This document shows, in pieces, positions 34,467 through 43,828 of a stretch of 64,000 nucleotides of DNA (positions are counted from its first letter, which is position 1; the number at the start of each line of letters is the position of its first letter). This stretch comes from Acidimicrobiia bacterium (lineage in GTDB: Bacteria; Actinomycetota; Acidimicrobiia; IMCC26256; PALSA-610). The DNA is taken from NCBI GenBank assembly GCA_036501845.1, contig DASXZO010000102.1, forward strand, positions 16,284-80,283, written 5' to 3'. The notes under the pieces were generated by a model. The model made no database searches. It worked only from the letters and a program-made list of their open reading frames with translations, and was not told the origin of the DNA. The position numbers were made by a program, and so were the translations under genes.

Positions 34467-34706
34467 TCAGCTTGGCGCGGCGCACGCTTGGAGCAGCTTG
34501 ATCTCTCGAGCCGCGGCGGCCTCGAAGTCGTCGCGCCCGGACCCTGCGGCCGTGACCGCGTCGACGAGCGCGTCGATCTTCTGCCGTACCTCGTCCGCGC
34601 TCTGCGACGACACCAACGTCACGGTCATACGGGCGGAATTCCCGGCGCCACCGCGCGCAAAACCCCCGAGCCCGGGCGGCACGCGGCATTGTTCGATCGT
34701 CGACAT
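34467..34706 (-). CDS. small hypothetical protein (possible 53-79 aa)
   Basis: The ORF has strong GC3 bias downstream of the cyclase gene on the same strand (…MTVTLVSSQSADEVRQKIDALVDAVTAAG…). I see no recognisable family or RBS, and the start is ambiguous (34706 or 34628). Confidence 0.3.
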   Translation of the reverse strand: MSTIEQCRVPPGLGGFARGGAGNSARMTVTLVSSQSADEVRQKIDALVDAVTAAGSGRDDFEAAAAREIKLLQACAAPS

Positions 34707-34738
34707 TTCGCCGCGCTCGCGCCGTTTCGATCCGCGGC

Positions 34739-35464
34739 CTACGACCCAGGCGCAACGAGGGCAGGAAGAGTGACGTCGTCAGCGAGCACGAGCTGTTGCG
34801 CGCGGCGCACCCGGCCGAGGCCGGGCAAGGTGAGCTGGCGGGTGCCACTCACGCGGATCCAAGGCGGAAGCGAAGTTGCGCGATAACCGACCGCGAGAAG
34901 CTCGCCGGGCTGAGCTGCGTCGCAGAGACGTGAGGCGAGATTCGTCGGGCGGCCGATGTAATCGTCACCGTCGATGATCAGCACTTCGCCGTGCGCAACG
35001 CCTCCACGTAGGGCGAGCGGCTGCTCGGCGTAGCGGGCGATGAGCTCGGTCGCGGTGGCGATTGTGGGCCCCACCTCCACGCCCACGATCATTGCGCCGT
35101 CGCCAAGCCATTTCGCGACGCGCACACCGCGCCGCGTCACCAGAGCCCGGGTGAGCGACCGGAACTGCGTGACGGTCGCGATCGCGGCGTGTTCTCCATG
35201 GCGGGCGGTGAACGCAGTGAAGCCACAGAGATCGACGAACGCAAACGCGCGCACCACATGAGGTATGGCGTCGGCGACCTCGTGCGGCGCTTCGACCCCG
35301 CGCACCGCGCCGGCAGTGCCGAGCGTGCCTGCCAACGCCCAATCGCTCTCGTCCGCGGAAGCGGCTCGGCTGAGCGTTTCCACGCCCTTCGCCCGAGCCC
35401 GTTGCACGAAGCCGGCGCCGCCTACATCCTCGTCGGTGCTCGCGCTTCGCTCATCGGACGACAT
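34739..35464 (-). CDS. class III adenylate/guanylate cyclase domain protein
   Basis: The catalytic core is AFAFVDLCGFTAFTARHG...KWLGDGAMIVG...RGGVAHGEVLIIDGDDYIGRPTNLASRL. Confidence 0.85.
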   Translation of the reverse strand: MSSDERSASTDEDVGGAGFVQRARAKGVETLSRAASADESDWALAGTLGTAGAVRGVEAPHEVADAIPHVVRAFAFVDLCGFTAFTARHGEHAAIATVTQFRSLTRALVTRRGVRVAKWLGDGAMIVGVEVGPTIATATELIARYAEQPLALRGGVAHGEVLIIDGDDYIGRPTNLASRLCDAAQPGELLAVGYRATSLPPWIRVSGTRQLTLPGLGRVRRAQQLVLADDVTLPALVAPGS

Positions 35465-35665
35465 CCGCGATGACGGTAGCCAGCCGCGACCCGATGCTGG
35501 TGTCGAATCGCCGCGCCCTCACGCCCTCGCCGGGCGAAACCGGCCAACGCCGATTTCACCGGTTCTTGTGACGGGTGTCGCACCAACCCCGTTCGCACTC
35601 GGCGATTGGGTAGGTCCGTGGCGGGGCGGCGGCACAGAGCTGCGGCACTGTCCACGGAGGTAGCA

Positions 35666-36259
35666 ATGAACTGGAAGTTGCGTGGTCTCGCGATCGTCGG
35701 GGCGCTCACTGTCGCGGCCGGCTTCGTCGCCGTGCCGGCGTTCGCCGCCGCGCCGGTGAACGGGGTCGGCACCGTCAGTAACTGCAAGATGTCGGGCTCG
35801 ATCGCCTTCAGCCCGGCACTGTCGAACACCACCAAGGTCGTGACCACCACGATCACCACGAACATCACCTGCCATGGCGGCACCGGCGATGGCGCCAACA
35901 TCGCCACCGGCTCGGCCAAAGGCGTCGAGAAGAAGAGCGAGAGCTGCAGCAGCCTCGCCGGCTCGACGCCCCACAAGCTCTACATCTCGACGAAGTGGGT
36001 CGTGAAGAAGGGCAAGCGTGCGTTGAACGCAAGCAACGGCACGCTCACGAAGGTGGCATCGAGCATCAGCAACTCGGGCGTGATCACGTTCAACGCGTCC
36101 GGGAAGGTGTCGTCCGGTTCGTTCTCCAAGGCGCCGAACAACGACATCCTCGCCCACGCCATCATCCAGCAGAACGCGTCGACCGTTGTGGCGCAGTGCG
36201 GCGCGGCGGGCGTGTCGAAGCTCACGATCCAACCGACCTCGGCCATTCAGATCAACTGA
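35666..36259 (+). CDS. secreted Cys-containing protein (orphan family 3, paralog B)
   Basis: I trimmed the track ORF to ATG 35666, preceded by GGAGG. The signal is MNWKLRGLAIVGALTVAAGFVAVPAFA. It shares a four-Cys framework with 12132..12776. Confidence 0.75.
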   Translation: MNWKLRGLAIVGALTVAAGFVAVPAFAAAPVNGVGTVSNCKMSGSIAFSPALSNTTKVVTTTITTNITCHGGTGDGANIATGSAKGVEKKSESCSSLAGSTPHKLYISTKWVVKKGKRALNASNGTLTKVASSISNSGVITFNASGKVSSGSFSKAPNNDILAHAIIQQNASTVVAQCGAAGVSKLTIQPTSAIQIN

Positions 36260-36283
36260 CGCACGTCGGCATTGCGCACGGGA

Positions 36284-36314
36284 GGAGGGCCAGTCGCCGA
36301 GCGGCTGGCCCTCC
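36284..36314. terminator. bidirectional intrinsic-terminator-like hairpin between convergent genes
   Basis: GGAGGGCCAG (36284-36293), an 11-nt loop and CTGGCCCTCC (36305-36314) form a perfect 10-bp GC-rich stem. It lies between the stops of 35666..36259 (+) and 36337..36801 (-). Confidence 0.7.
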
Positions 36315-36336
36315 CTCGCGCGCAGTCATCGCTCGC

Positions 36337-36801
36337 TCACCCGAACGTAAGCGACCCTTGCAGCTCGACCGTGACCGCCACGTTGCTCGAGCCACTCTTG
36401 TCGTTGCACTGGGTACCGATGCCGTGGATGCGGTAGGTGCCGTTGCCCGACGCATGCTTGTACGCACCATTACCGCTCGTGATCGTGTACGTGCCCGTCT
36501 GGTCGAACTCGAACGAGCACGTCCGAGGATCGTGGTGTTGGTTCGTCTTGCCCCCGTGGTGCTTGAGCATGATCGATCCCTTGGGGAACGTGAAGCGATC
36601 GGCGGTCTGGCCGAGCTCGGTGTCCGTGCCCTTCGCCGAAATCGGGCCGGCCGCGACCACCGTCTGCGCTCCCGACGACGTCGACATCTGAATTCCGGTG
36701 AAGTACTGGGTGGGCGGGTTCGCGGCGCCGGCGGTGGTGGCGATGTTCGCCATTCCCAGTACGCCGATGACGGCCACGCCGAGCAATGCGCGCAATTTCA
36801 T
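36337..36801 (-). CDS. small secreted protein (no family recognised)
   Basis: I chose ATG 36801 (AAAGGAA 5 nt upstream). The signal is MKLRALLGVAVIGVLGMANIATTAGA. Element 2 lies 71 nt upstream. Confidence 0.7.
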   Translation of the reverse strand: MKLRALLGVAVIGVLGMANIATTAGAANPPTQYFTGIQMSTSSGAQTVVAAGPISAKGTDTELGQTADRFTFPKGSIMLKHHGGKTNQHHDPRTCSFEFDQTGTYTITSGNGAYKHASGNGTYRIHGIGTQCNDKSGSSNVAVTVELQGSLTFG

Positions 36802-36871
36802 GAACATTCCTTTCATTGGATGTCACTCGTGAGGATCGAACGCAAGTGTCCGCCAGCTGTCGCGTTCGCAC

Positions 36872-36888
36872 ATCCGGCACCTGACGGA
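36872..36888. promoter_or_regulatory. element 2, copy R1 (17-bp near-palindrome)
   Basis: The plus strand ATCCGGCACCTGACGGA is the reverse complement of TCCGTCAGGTGCCGGAT. All 17 of 17 positions are identical in the four copies. Confidence 0.55.
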
Positions 36889-37075
36889 CGTTCGCCCGCC
36901 CGTCACGGTGATCCTGATGAGGTGATCCTCGATCGATCTCGCGCTGCCGACGCACAGGGCCGCGTGGCCAAGCCTGGCCCCCGTCGTGACTTTGGTGAGC
37001 CTAACCTAAGTAGTGAGGAAGCGGACCTGGGGTACGCTCAGGGGCCTTGCGTCGCAGAAGGAAGCCCATATACAG

Positions 37076-37409
37076 ATGAGTACCCGCACACCGCAGCGTC
37101 CGCCTTCGAGCGCCACGGCGCCGACGCTGTCGACGTTGTTGTCGCGCCGAAGCGCCGGCCGCCTGCACGGGCTACGCCATCACCCTCGCAGCGCACCAGC
37201 TCGGGCTGGGCGCGATATGGAAGTCAACTCCGTTCACCACAGGCAACGCACTCTGCGGCGCGCTCGACATCACCGCCGACGATCAGTTTCTCGGTTGGAT
37301 CAATCTCGGCCAATCGAGCGACGCATTGTCGTCCGAGCCGCGACCCGAGATCGACCTCGCGAAGATCGTCCGTCATCTGAGCCCGAGCGGAGTTCCCACG
37401 CGCTCATGA
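37076..37409 (+). pseudogene. nitroreductase-family gene with an internal out-of-frame deletion
   Basis: Frame 2 from ATG 37076 gives MSTRTPQRPPSSATAPTLSTLLSRRSAGRL, the typical nitroreductase N-terminus (L..LL.RRS.R). Around 37155 the sense switches to frame 3: AACTGYAITLAAHQLGLGAIWKSTPF...DDQFLGWINLGQSS...*, the typical C-terminus. The central ~100 aa of the fold are missing. Confidence 0.55.
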
Positions 37410-37465
37410 ACCGCGCGACGGGCTGATACCGGGCGCGTGCCGGTGGCGGGTCGAACGCGAGACGC

Positions 37466-39619
37466 TCAGTTGACGAGCGGGTCGCGCGGGAGACCGAGGA
37501 TGCGTTCGCCGATCTGGTTGCGCTTGATCTCCGAGGTGCCACCCGCGATTGACATCCCGCGGTGGAACAGCACGAGCATGTTCGACGTTGCGCCCGCGCC
37601 CTCGAAGAACAGCGAGTCGGGCCCGTTGAGCTGGGTCATGATCGCGGCGGCGTCGTGGCCCACCTCGGAGAGCACCAGCTTGGTGATCGCGCCTTCCGGC
37701 CCCGGGCCGGCTGCCAGCACCGCGCGGTGCACACTGCGGACGTTGAGCAATCCGATCGCGCGCTGCTGCGCGATGTAATGACCGATGCGCACCGCGCCGC
37801 CGGGCAGGCGTTCGGGGTGCGCGTCGAAGGGTGCGATCATCATTTCGCCCGGGAGGGTCATGCCGCCCTGGCCGCCGCCGATGCTCACACTCTCGTTGCC
37901 GAGCGTTGCCCGTGCCACGGTCCAGCCGCCATCGACCGGACCCACCACGTCATCGTCGGGCACGAACACGTCGTCGAAGAACACCTCGTTGAACTCGGAC
38001 TGGCCCGTGGTCATGCGCAACGGCCGCACTTCCACACCGGGCGCGTGCATGTCGAGCACCACCATCGTGATGCCTTCGTGCTTCGGCACGTCGGGGTTCG
38101 TGCGCACCGTGGCGAAGCCCATCCCGGCCACGTGTGCGCCCGAGGTCCACACCTTCTGGCCGTTGATCTTCCAGCCGCCGTCGACGCGCGTCGCGCGGGT
38201 CTTCACGCCGGCCGCGTCGGAGCCGGCATCAGGCTCGCTGAAGAGCTGGCACCAGATCACGTCTTGGCGCAACGCCGGCGCCACCCATCGCTCCACCTGG
38301 TCGGGCGTGCCGTGCTGGATCAGCGTGAGGATCACCCAACCGGTGATCCCGTAGGCCGGCTTCTTCACACCGGCCGCTGCAAACTCTTGCTCGATCACGA
38401 GCTGCTCCACCGCGCCGGCGCCGCGGCCCCACGGCGTCGGCCAGTGCGGTTGCACGTATCCGGTCTCGATCAACCGCTCGCGCTGCGCCTCGGCCGGCAA
38501 ATCCTTGATGCTCTCCGCGAAGGCGCGTACCTCGTCGCGGATCGACTCCGCCTCGGGCGGCAGCTCGACATCCGTTGCTCGCACCACGCCCCGCCGGGTG
38601 AGGTCGGTGAGATCGGCCGCCGCACTGTCGGGATCGAGCAGTTGGAGCAGCACCGTCGCGCGGCGCATATAGAGGTGCGCGTCGTGCTCCCACGTCATGG
38701 CGATGCCGCCCTGCACCTGCGTGTCGAGATTCGCGCAGAGGTCGGCTGCCGGTGCCGCGAGCGTGGCGGCCATCGCGGCCGCATACGAGAGCTGGTCGGC
38801 ACCCTGTTTCGCAGCGCGCGCGGCATCCCACACCGCACCGGTGGCGAGCTCGGTGGCCACGAGCATGTTGGCGCAGTGATGCTTCACGGCCTGGAACATC
38901 GCGATCGGGCGTCCGAACTGCTGACGCACCTTGGCGTACTCCGCAGCCTGATCGGTGCACTCGCGCGCCACTCCAACCGCTTCGGCGGAGAAGAGCAACC
39001 TCGTGAGATCGATGAGCGTCCGGCGCGCGCCGGAAATCACTGTCGCCGTCGCGCCGTCAAATGTGACGCGCGACGCGCGGCGAGTGGGATCGAGGTTGCG
39101 CGGCGTTTCGAGCGCAACTCCGTTGCCCGCTTCGACAATCGCCACGTCGTCGCCGGCAGGAACGAGGAAGAGGTCGGCCAGTGGTGCACCCACGACCGCG
39201 CCTGCCGATCCGCTCGCCTTCCCATTGCTGACCGTGACGTTGGCAGCCGCTGTCACAGCCGCGGTCGCCGAACCATCGGCGAGTCGCTTCAGATAGCTCG
39301 CTTTCGTCGCGTCGTCGGCGGCGGCCGCGATCACGGCACTGGCGATCACGGTGGGAACGAACGGCCCCGGCGCGAGCACCCGACCGAGCTCCTCGACCAC
39401 CACGACGAGCTCTTCGAGCCCGAATCCCGAACCGCCGTACTGCTCCGGAACGTGCAGGCCGAGCCAGCCGATCTCCACGAGGTCGGCCCAGAACGGCGGC
39501 CGCTCCTCGGTCTTCGCCTCGAGCAGCGCGCGAGCCGCGGCGAGCGCGTGGCGCGACCGGAGAACGTCCTGAGCCGTGTCGGCCAGAGCCCGGTGCTCAT
39601 CGGTGATCGCGATCGACAT
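37466..39619 (-). CDS. acyl-CoA dehydrogenase family protein with two tandem ACAD units (FadE-like, ~717 aa)
   Basis: The first unit has WLGLHVPEQYGGSGFGLEELVVVVEELGR. The second has an ACAD middle and C-terminal region (GWKINGQKVWTSGAHVAG...GGTSEIKRNQIGERILGLP). I chose ATG 39619 (GAGAGGGTGG upstream). Confidence 0.9.
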   Translation of the reverse strand: MSIAITDEHRALADTAQDVLRSRHALAAARALLEAKTEERPPFWADLVEIGWLGLHVPEQYGGSGFGLEELVVVVEELGRVLAPGPFVPTVIASAVIAAAADDATKASYLKRLADGSATAAVTAAANVTVSNGKASGSAGAVVGAPLADLFLVPAGDDVAIVEAGNGVALETPRNLDPTRRASRVTFDGATATVISGARRTLIDLTRLLFSAEAVGVARECTDQAAEYAKVRQQFGRPIAMFQAVKHHCANMLVATELATGAVWDAARAAKQGADQLSYAAAMAATLAAPAADLCANLDTQVQGGIAMTWEHDAHLYMRRATVLLQLLDPDSAAADLTDLTRRGVVRATDVELPPEAESIRDEVRAFAESIKDLPAEAQRERLIETGYVQPHWPTPWGRGAGAVEQLVIEQEFAAAGVKKPAYGITGWVILTLIQHGTPDQVERWVAPALRQDVIWCQLFSEPDAGSDAAGVKTRATRVDGGWKINGQKVWTSGAHVAGMGFATVRTNPDVPKHEGITMVVLDMHAPGVEVRPLRMTTGQSEFNEVFFDDVFVPDDDVVGPVDGGWTVARATLGNESVSIGGGQGGMTLPGEMMIAPFDAHPERLPGGAVRIGHYIAQQRAIGLLNVRSVHRAVLAAGPGPEGAITKLVLSEVGHDAAAIMTQLNGPDSLFFEGAGATSNMLVLFHRGMSIAGGTSEIKRNQIGERILGLPRDPLVN

Positions 39620-39736
39620 TGGCCACCCTCTCGTCTCGCGGGAAAGCGCCAAATGTAAGGGCGTCGTGGCACCGGCACACATTCCTGGCGACCGTGACGG
39701 CACTCAGCGCCTGCGGCCGGCGCTCGGGCGTGCCGC

Positions 39737-41590
39737 TCAGATCTCCATGCGGAGCGATTCGGCTTCGTCGGCCAGCGACAGCCAGTGGTCCTCGGCCGCG
39801 TCGACGCGCTCCTGGGCGGCGGTCAGCAACCCGCCGAGGCGTACCAGTTCCTCGCGGTCGTTGACGGCCGCTCCCAGCTCGGTCTGCAGCGCGTCTCGTG
39901 TGGCGATCGCGTCGGCGAGCGCCCGGTCGGCGCGACCTAGCTGGTGGCGAAGCGTGCTCGGGCTCTTCGTGGTCACTCGTGGCGCTTCGGTTGCCGTCGA
40001 GCGCGGACGCGCGGGAGCTGCAGATGACGCGGATCCTGCCGAGACGGGCCCACGAGTGGTGGTCGACGGCTGCGCGGCGTGCTGCGCCAACCAGCCCGCG
40101 ACACCGCCGCGTACCACCGACGTGCGGCCGTTGCCGTCGAGCGCCAGCACCTCGGTCACGGTGCGATCGAGGAATACGCGGTCGTGGCTGACCACCACCA
40201 CGATGCCCGGCCAGTCGTCGAGGAATTCCTCGAGCGCGCGCAACGTATCGAGGTCGAGATCGTTCGTGGGTTCGTCGAGCAACAGCACGTTGGGTTGTTC
40301 GAGCAACGTGAGCAACAGTTGGAGACGCCGGCGCTCCCCGCCCGACAACGTGCCGATCGGCGCGAACTGCGCGTCGCCGTCGAACCAGAACTGGCGCATC
40401 AGCTTCACGTCGTCGAGCGTCGGCTCACGCTTGTCGCGGGCCACGGCGTCGCGTACGCGCTGCGAAAGGTCGAGGTCGCGGCCGAGCTGGTCGTAGTAAC
40501 CGATCCTGACCGTGGCGCCGGTATCGATGGAGCCCTGCGTGGGCTGGAGTCGGCCGGCGACGAGGTCGAGCAGCGTGCTCTTGCCGGCGCCGTTCGGACC
40601 GACAACCCCGAGGCGATCGCCAGGTTCGAGCATGTAGTCGAACGGCTCGAGCACGAGCAGCGCTGATGCTTCGCTGGCCGCGCTGTCATTGTCGTGGGCG
40701 CGCGGCCACGAGAAGCCGACGCCATGGATCTCGATGCCCTTAGAACCCAAACGAGCACTCCCGAGCGACAAGCCGAGCTCACCGTCGCGCGCACTCGCTT
40801 GTGGGCGGCGAGCGAGCAGCGCGTTGGCAGTGTCGATGCGAGCCTTGGGTTTCGATGTGCGCGCCGGCGCACCGCGCCGCAACCACGCCAGCTCGCGGCG
40901 CGCGAGGTTCTTGCGGGTCTGTTCGGCCGTCGCGGCTTGGGCTTCTCGAACGATGCGAGCGACGAGGTACGCCGCGTATCCAGATCCTCCGGTCCGCTCG
41001 GCTGGCACGTGGAGGTAACAGGCGCCACGGTCGATCTCGAGCACCTTGTTGGTAACACGGTCGAGCACGTGACGGTCGTGGGTCACGAGGAGCAACCCGC
41101 CGGCGAACGCGGCGAGCCACGTCTCGAGGTACGCGATGGCATCGAGGTCGAGATGGTTCGTCGGCTCGTCGAGGATGAGCGCGTCCCACTGTCGTGCGAG
41201 CAGCGCGGCGAGCGCGACGCGCTTGCGCTGCCCGCCCGACAGTTCGTCGGTCGACGCGTCGAGCGCGCCTTGCATGCCGAGGCGCGACAGCATCGCCTCG
41301 CCTTGCCACGCCTGGTCACCGAGGCCGTTGCACACCGCCGCGCGCACCGAGCCGGGTGGCAACATCGGGAGCTGGGGCAGCACGCCGACCCGAGCCGCAC
41401 GCCCGCGCCGCACCACGCCGGCTTCTGGTTGGCGCTCGCCGCTCATCATTGCGAGGAGCGTGCTCTTGCCCGAACCGTTGAGACCCACCACGCCGATACG
41501 GTCGCCGTCGTTGAGGGTGAGCGACAGATCGGTGAACAGAGGGCGATCGGGTCGAGATGCCCGCAGCCCTTGTGCGTCGATCAGAATCAC
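39737..41590 (-). CDS. ABC-F family ATPase (two ABC cassettes, no TM domain)
   Basis: The Walker A motifs are GLNGSGKST and GPNGAGKST. The ABC signatures are LSGGQRKRVALA and LSGGERRRLQLL. The C-terminus is a coiled-coil tail. Confidence 0.9.
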   Translation of the reverse strand: MILIDAQGLRASRPDRPLFTDLSLTLNDGDRIGVVGLNGSGKSTLLAMMSGERQPEAGVVRRGRAARVGVLPQLPMLPPGSVRAAVCNGLGDQAWQGEAMLSRLGMQGALDASTDELSGGQRKRVALAALLARQWDALILDEPTNHLDLDAIAYLETWLAAFAGGLLLVTHDRHVLDRVTNKVLEIDRGACYLHVPAERTGGSGYAAYLVARIVREAQAATAEQTRKNLARRELAWLRRGAPARTSKPKARIDTANALLARRPQASARDGELGLSLGSARLGSKGIEIHGVGFSWPRAHDNDSAASEASALLVLEPFDYMLEPGDRLGVVGPNGAGKSTLLDLVAGRLQPTQGSIDTGATVRIGYYDQLGRDLDLSQRVRDAVARDKREPTLDDVKLMRQFWFDGDAQFAPIGTLSGGERRRLQLLLTLLEQPNVLLLDEPTNDLDLDTLRALEEFLDDWPGIVVVVSHDRVFLDRTVTEVLALDGNGRTSVVRGGVAGWLAQHAAQPSTTTRGPVSAGSASSAAPARPRSTATEAPRVTTKSPSTLRHQLGRADRALADAIATRDALQTELGAAVNDREELVRLGGLLTAAQERVDAAEDHWLSLADEAESLRMEI

Positions 41591-41697
41591 GACGCCTCAG
41601 GTTACGGGGCGACGCCGCCAACCCTCGGTAGGGACTGACCGCCGCAACCGCGCCAATTGGGGCTCCAGGCCGGGTCGCTTCGTGCCGATCCCCTGAG

Positions 41698-43743
41698 GTG
41701 ATGAGCGGGCAGGCCATCATCGACGGCCTCGCCGCGGGCATCGACCCGTTCGACCTGATGGCGGGCCTACCCGATTGTGTCGTCGTCACCGACGGCCACG
41801 GCACCGTGCGGTGGATCAACGACCAGGTCACTGACGTGCTCGGCTTCGCGCCCGACGATGTGCTCGGCACGAGCGTGTTCGACGTGGCGCACCCGGCCCA
41901 GCAGCACGACGCGGTGCAGTCCTTCACCACTACCGCGACGAGCCCCGGCTCGTATCCGCCCATCGAGATGCTGATTCGCGACCTGCGCGGCAACTACCAC
42001 TATTTCGACGTACGGGCGCGAACGCTGCAACGCGGCACCGAGTCGCTCATCGTCTTCGTGGCGCGCCCGACGCACGAACGCGACGCGCTTCAGCGCCGGC
42101 ACCGCTTGTACTTCGAGGAAGCGCCGGCTGCGCTCGGCTCGGTCGTCCCGGCACAGCGCGGGGTCGACGCCAACGGCCCGATGGCACAGCTGTTCGGACA
42201 CACCCGCGAAGCAATGCTGTCGATGGACGGCATGCAGCTCTTGCATCCGGATGATCGTTCCGACTCCCAAGGCGAGCTTGCCGCGCTGGAGACGAATGGG
42301 CAGCAGCGTGTGGGAGCCGAGCGCCGCTTCCTCAAGGCAGATGGATCAACCTTCTACGGCCGAGTGGTCACCACCACAGTTCGCACGCCCGTCGGTGCGC
42401 TCGAGCGACTGCTCTTCACGATCGCCGATGTCACGCCGGAGCGCGAAGCGCGCGAGCTCCTCGCGCGCAGCGAAGCACGATTCCGCGCGCTCGTCGAGCA
42501 CTCGCCCGACATCGTGGCCATCCTCCGCGCTGACGGCGATTGGGAGGCAAGCCAGCAAGGCACTCGTCTGCTCGGCTACCCCAAGGGATTCGACCCGCCT
42601 GGTGGTGCACTGTCACTCGTACACCCCGACGACGCCGAGCGTGCCGCCGAAGCACTCGCTGCGATCTTCGCCGGTCGCCGCTCGCCCGGGGAGCCACTCG
42701 AGCTGCGCCTGCGCGCCGCCGACGGCGACTACCGCGAATTCGAGTGCATCGGCCAGAATCTCGACGGCGAGCCGAGCGTCAGCGGGGTGGTGATCACCGC
42801 CCGAGACATCACGCAACGCCGGGCCGCAGAACGAGCACTCGGTCAGGCCGAGAGCCGTTTTCGCGCGACCTTCGAACGCGCGCCCATGGTCATCTCGATG
42901 GTCGACGCCAGCGGGTGCATCATCGACATCAACCCGACCGGTTGCCGGCTGTTGGGTCGTACTCGAGGTGAGCTCCTCGGCACCCCGGCCGAAGCAACCG
43001 TGCATCCCGAAGATCGGGAACTTGCGATCGATGCGACGTTGCGCCAGCTCGGCGGCGAGCAACTCCGGGCCGAATTCCGCATCGTCCGGGCCGACGGCAC
43101 CGAATGGTGGGCGCTCTCGAGTGCCGTCCAGGTCGACAGCGACGACCCGTATTTCCTCACGCTTCAAGTCGACATCACTGCACAGAAGCGGCTCGAAGAA
43201 GAGCTGCGCGTGCGCGCAACGCATGACCCGCTCACCGGCGTTCGAAACCGTGCCGCGGTGGTCGACCACCTCGAGCTGCTCCTCGCCCGCAGGGTCGCCG
43301 AACCCGTGACGGTCATGTTCGTCGATCTCGATGGCTTCAAGGCGGTGAACGACGCGCTCGGGCACAGCGCCGGCGACGCAGTGCTCACCGGGGTTGCGCA
43401 GCGCATCGAGAGCTGCCTCCGGCCCGAAGACGTGGTCGCCCGGATCGGCGGCGACGAATTCGTCGTTGTCTGCGCCACGCTCGACAGTCCCGATACAGCA
43501 CAGCGGCTCGGCGTACGCGTGCGGGAAGCCATCGCGGCGCCCGTCACCTTCGGCAACACATCGGTGCACGTCGACGCCAGCATCGGCATCGCGCGCAGCA
43601 CACCAAGCGACGACACCGCCGGATTGCTGAAGCGCGCCGACGCCGCCGCGTACCGTGCGAAGAGCAACGGGCGAGGCCGCGTCGAACTCGCAACGATCGT
43701 CGACGAGTCGAGAGTGGCGTCGATGAAGCCCCGGCAGCCGTAA
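41698..43743 (+). CDS. multi-PAS diguanylate cyclase (GGDEF)
   Basis: Three or four PAS-like modules are present (for example PDCVVVTDGHGTVRWINDQ and ISMVDASGCIIDINP). The C-terminal GGDEF domain is DPLTGVRNRAAV...DLDGFKAVNDALGHSAGD...ARIGGDEFVVV. Confidence 0.9.
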   Translation: MMSGQAIIDGLAAGIDPFDLMAGLPDCVVVTDGHGTVRWINDQVTDVLGFAPDDVLGTSVFDVAHPAQQHDAVQSFTTTATSPGSYPPIEMLIRDLRGNYHYFDVRARTLQRGTESLIVFVARPTHERDALQRRHRLYFEEAPAALGSVVPAQRGVDANGPMAQLFGHTREAMLSMDGMQLLHPDDRSDSQGELAALETNGQQRVGAERRFLKADGSTFYGRVVTTTVRTPVGALERLLFTIADVTPEREARELLARSEARFRALVEHSPDIVAILRADGDWEASQQGTRLLGYPKGFDPPGGALSLVHPDDAERAAEALAAIFAGRRSPGEPLELRLRAADGDYREFECIGQNLDGEPSVSGVVITARDITQRRAAERALGQAESRFRATFERAPMVISMVDASGCIIDINPTGCRLLGRTRGELLGTPAEATVHPEDRELAIDATLRQLGGEQLRAEFRIVRADGTEWWALSSAVQVDSDDPYFLTLQVDITAQKRLEEELRVRATHDPLTGVRNRAAVVDHLELLLARRVAEPVTVMFVDLDGFKAVNDALGHSAGDAVLTGVAQRIESCLRPEDVVARIGGDEFVVVCATLDSPDTAQRLGVRVREAIAAPVTFGNTSVHVDASIGIARSTPSDDTAGLLKRADAAAYRAKSNGRGRVELATIVDESRVASMKPRQP

Positions 43744-43828
43744 CCCGAGTCGAATTTCCGCGCCGTCCGGCGGAATCACCCGATCGTTGTGAGGCGCTTG
43801 CACCCCCGACGGGTGAGAGTCGCCGTCG

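Noticed and set aside
34467-34706. A toxin-antitoxin or leader-peptide interpretation of the small ORF downstream of the cyclase gene.
   Set aside because: There is no partner ORF, no recognisable family and no RBS. I kept it only as a low-confidence hypothetical CDS.
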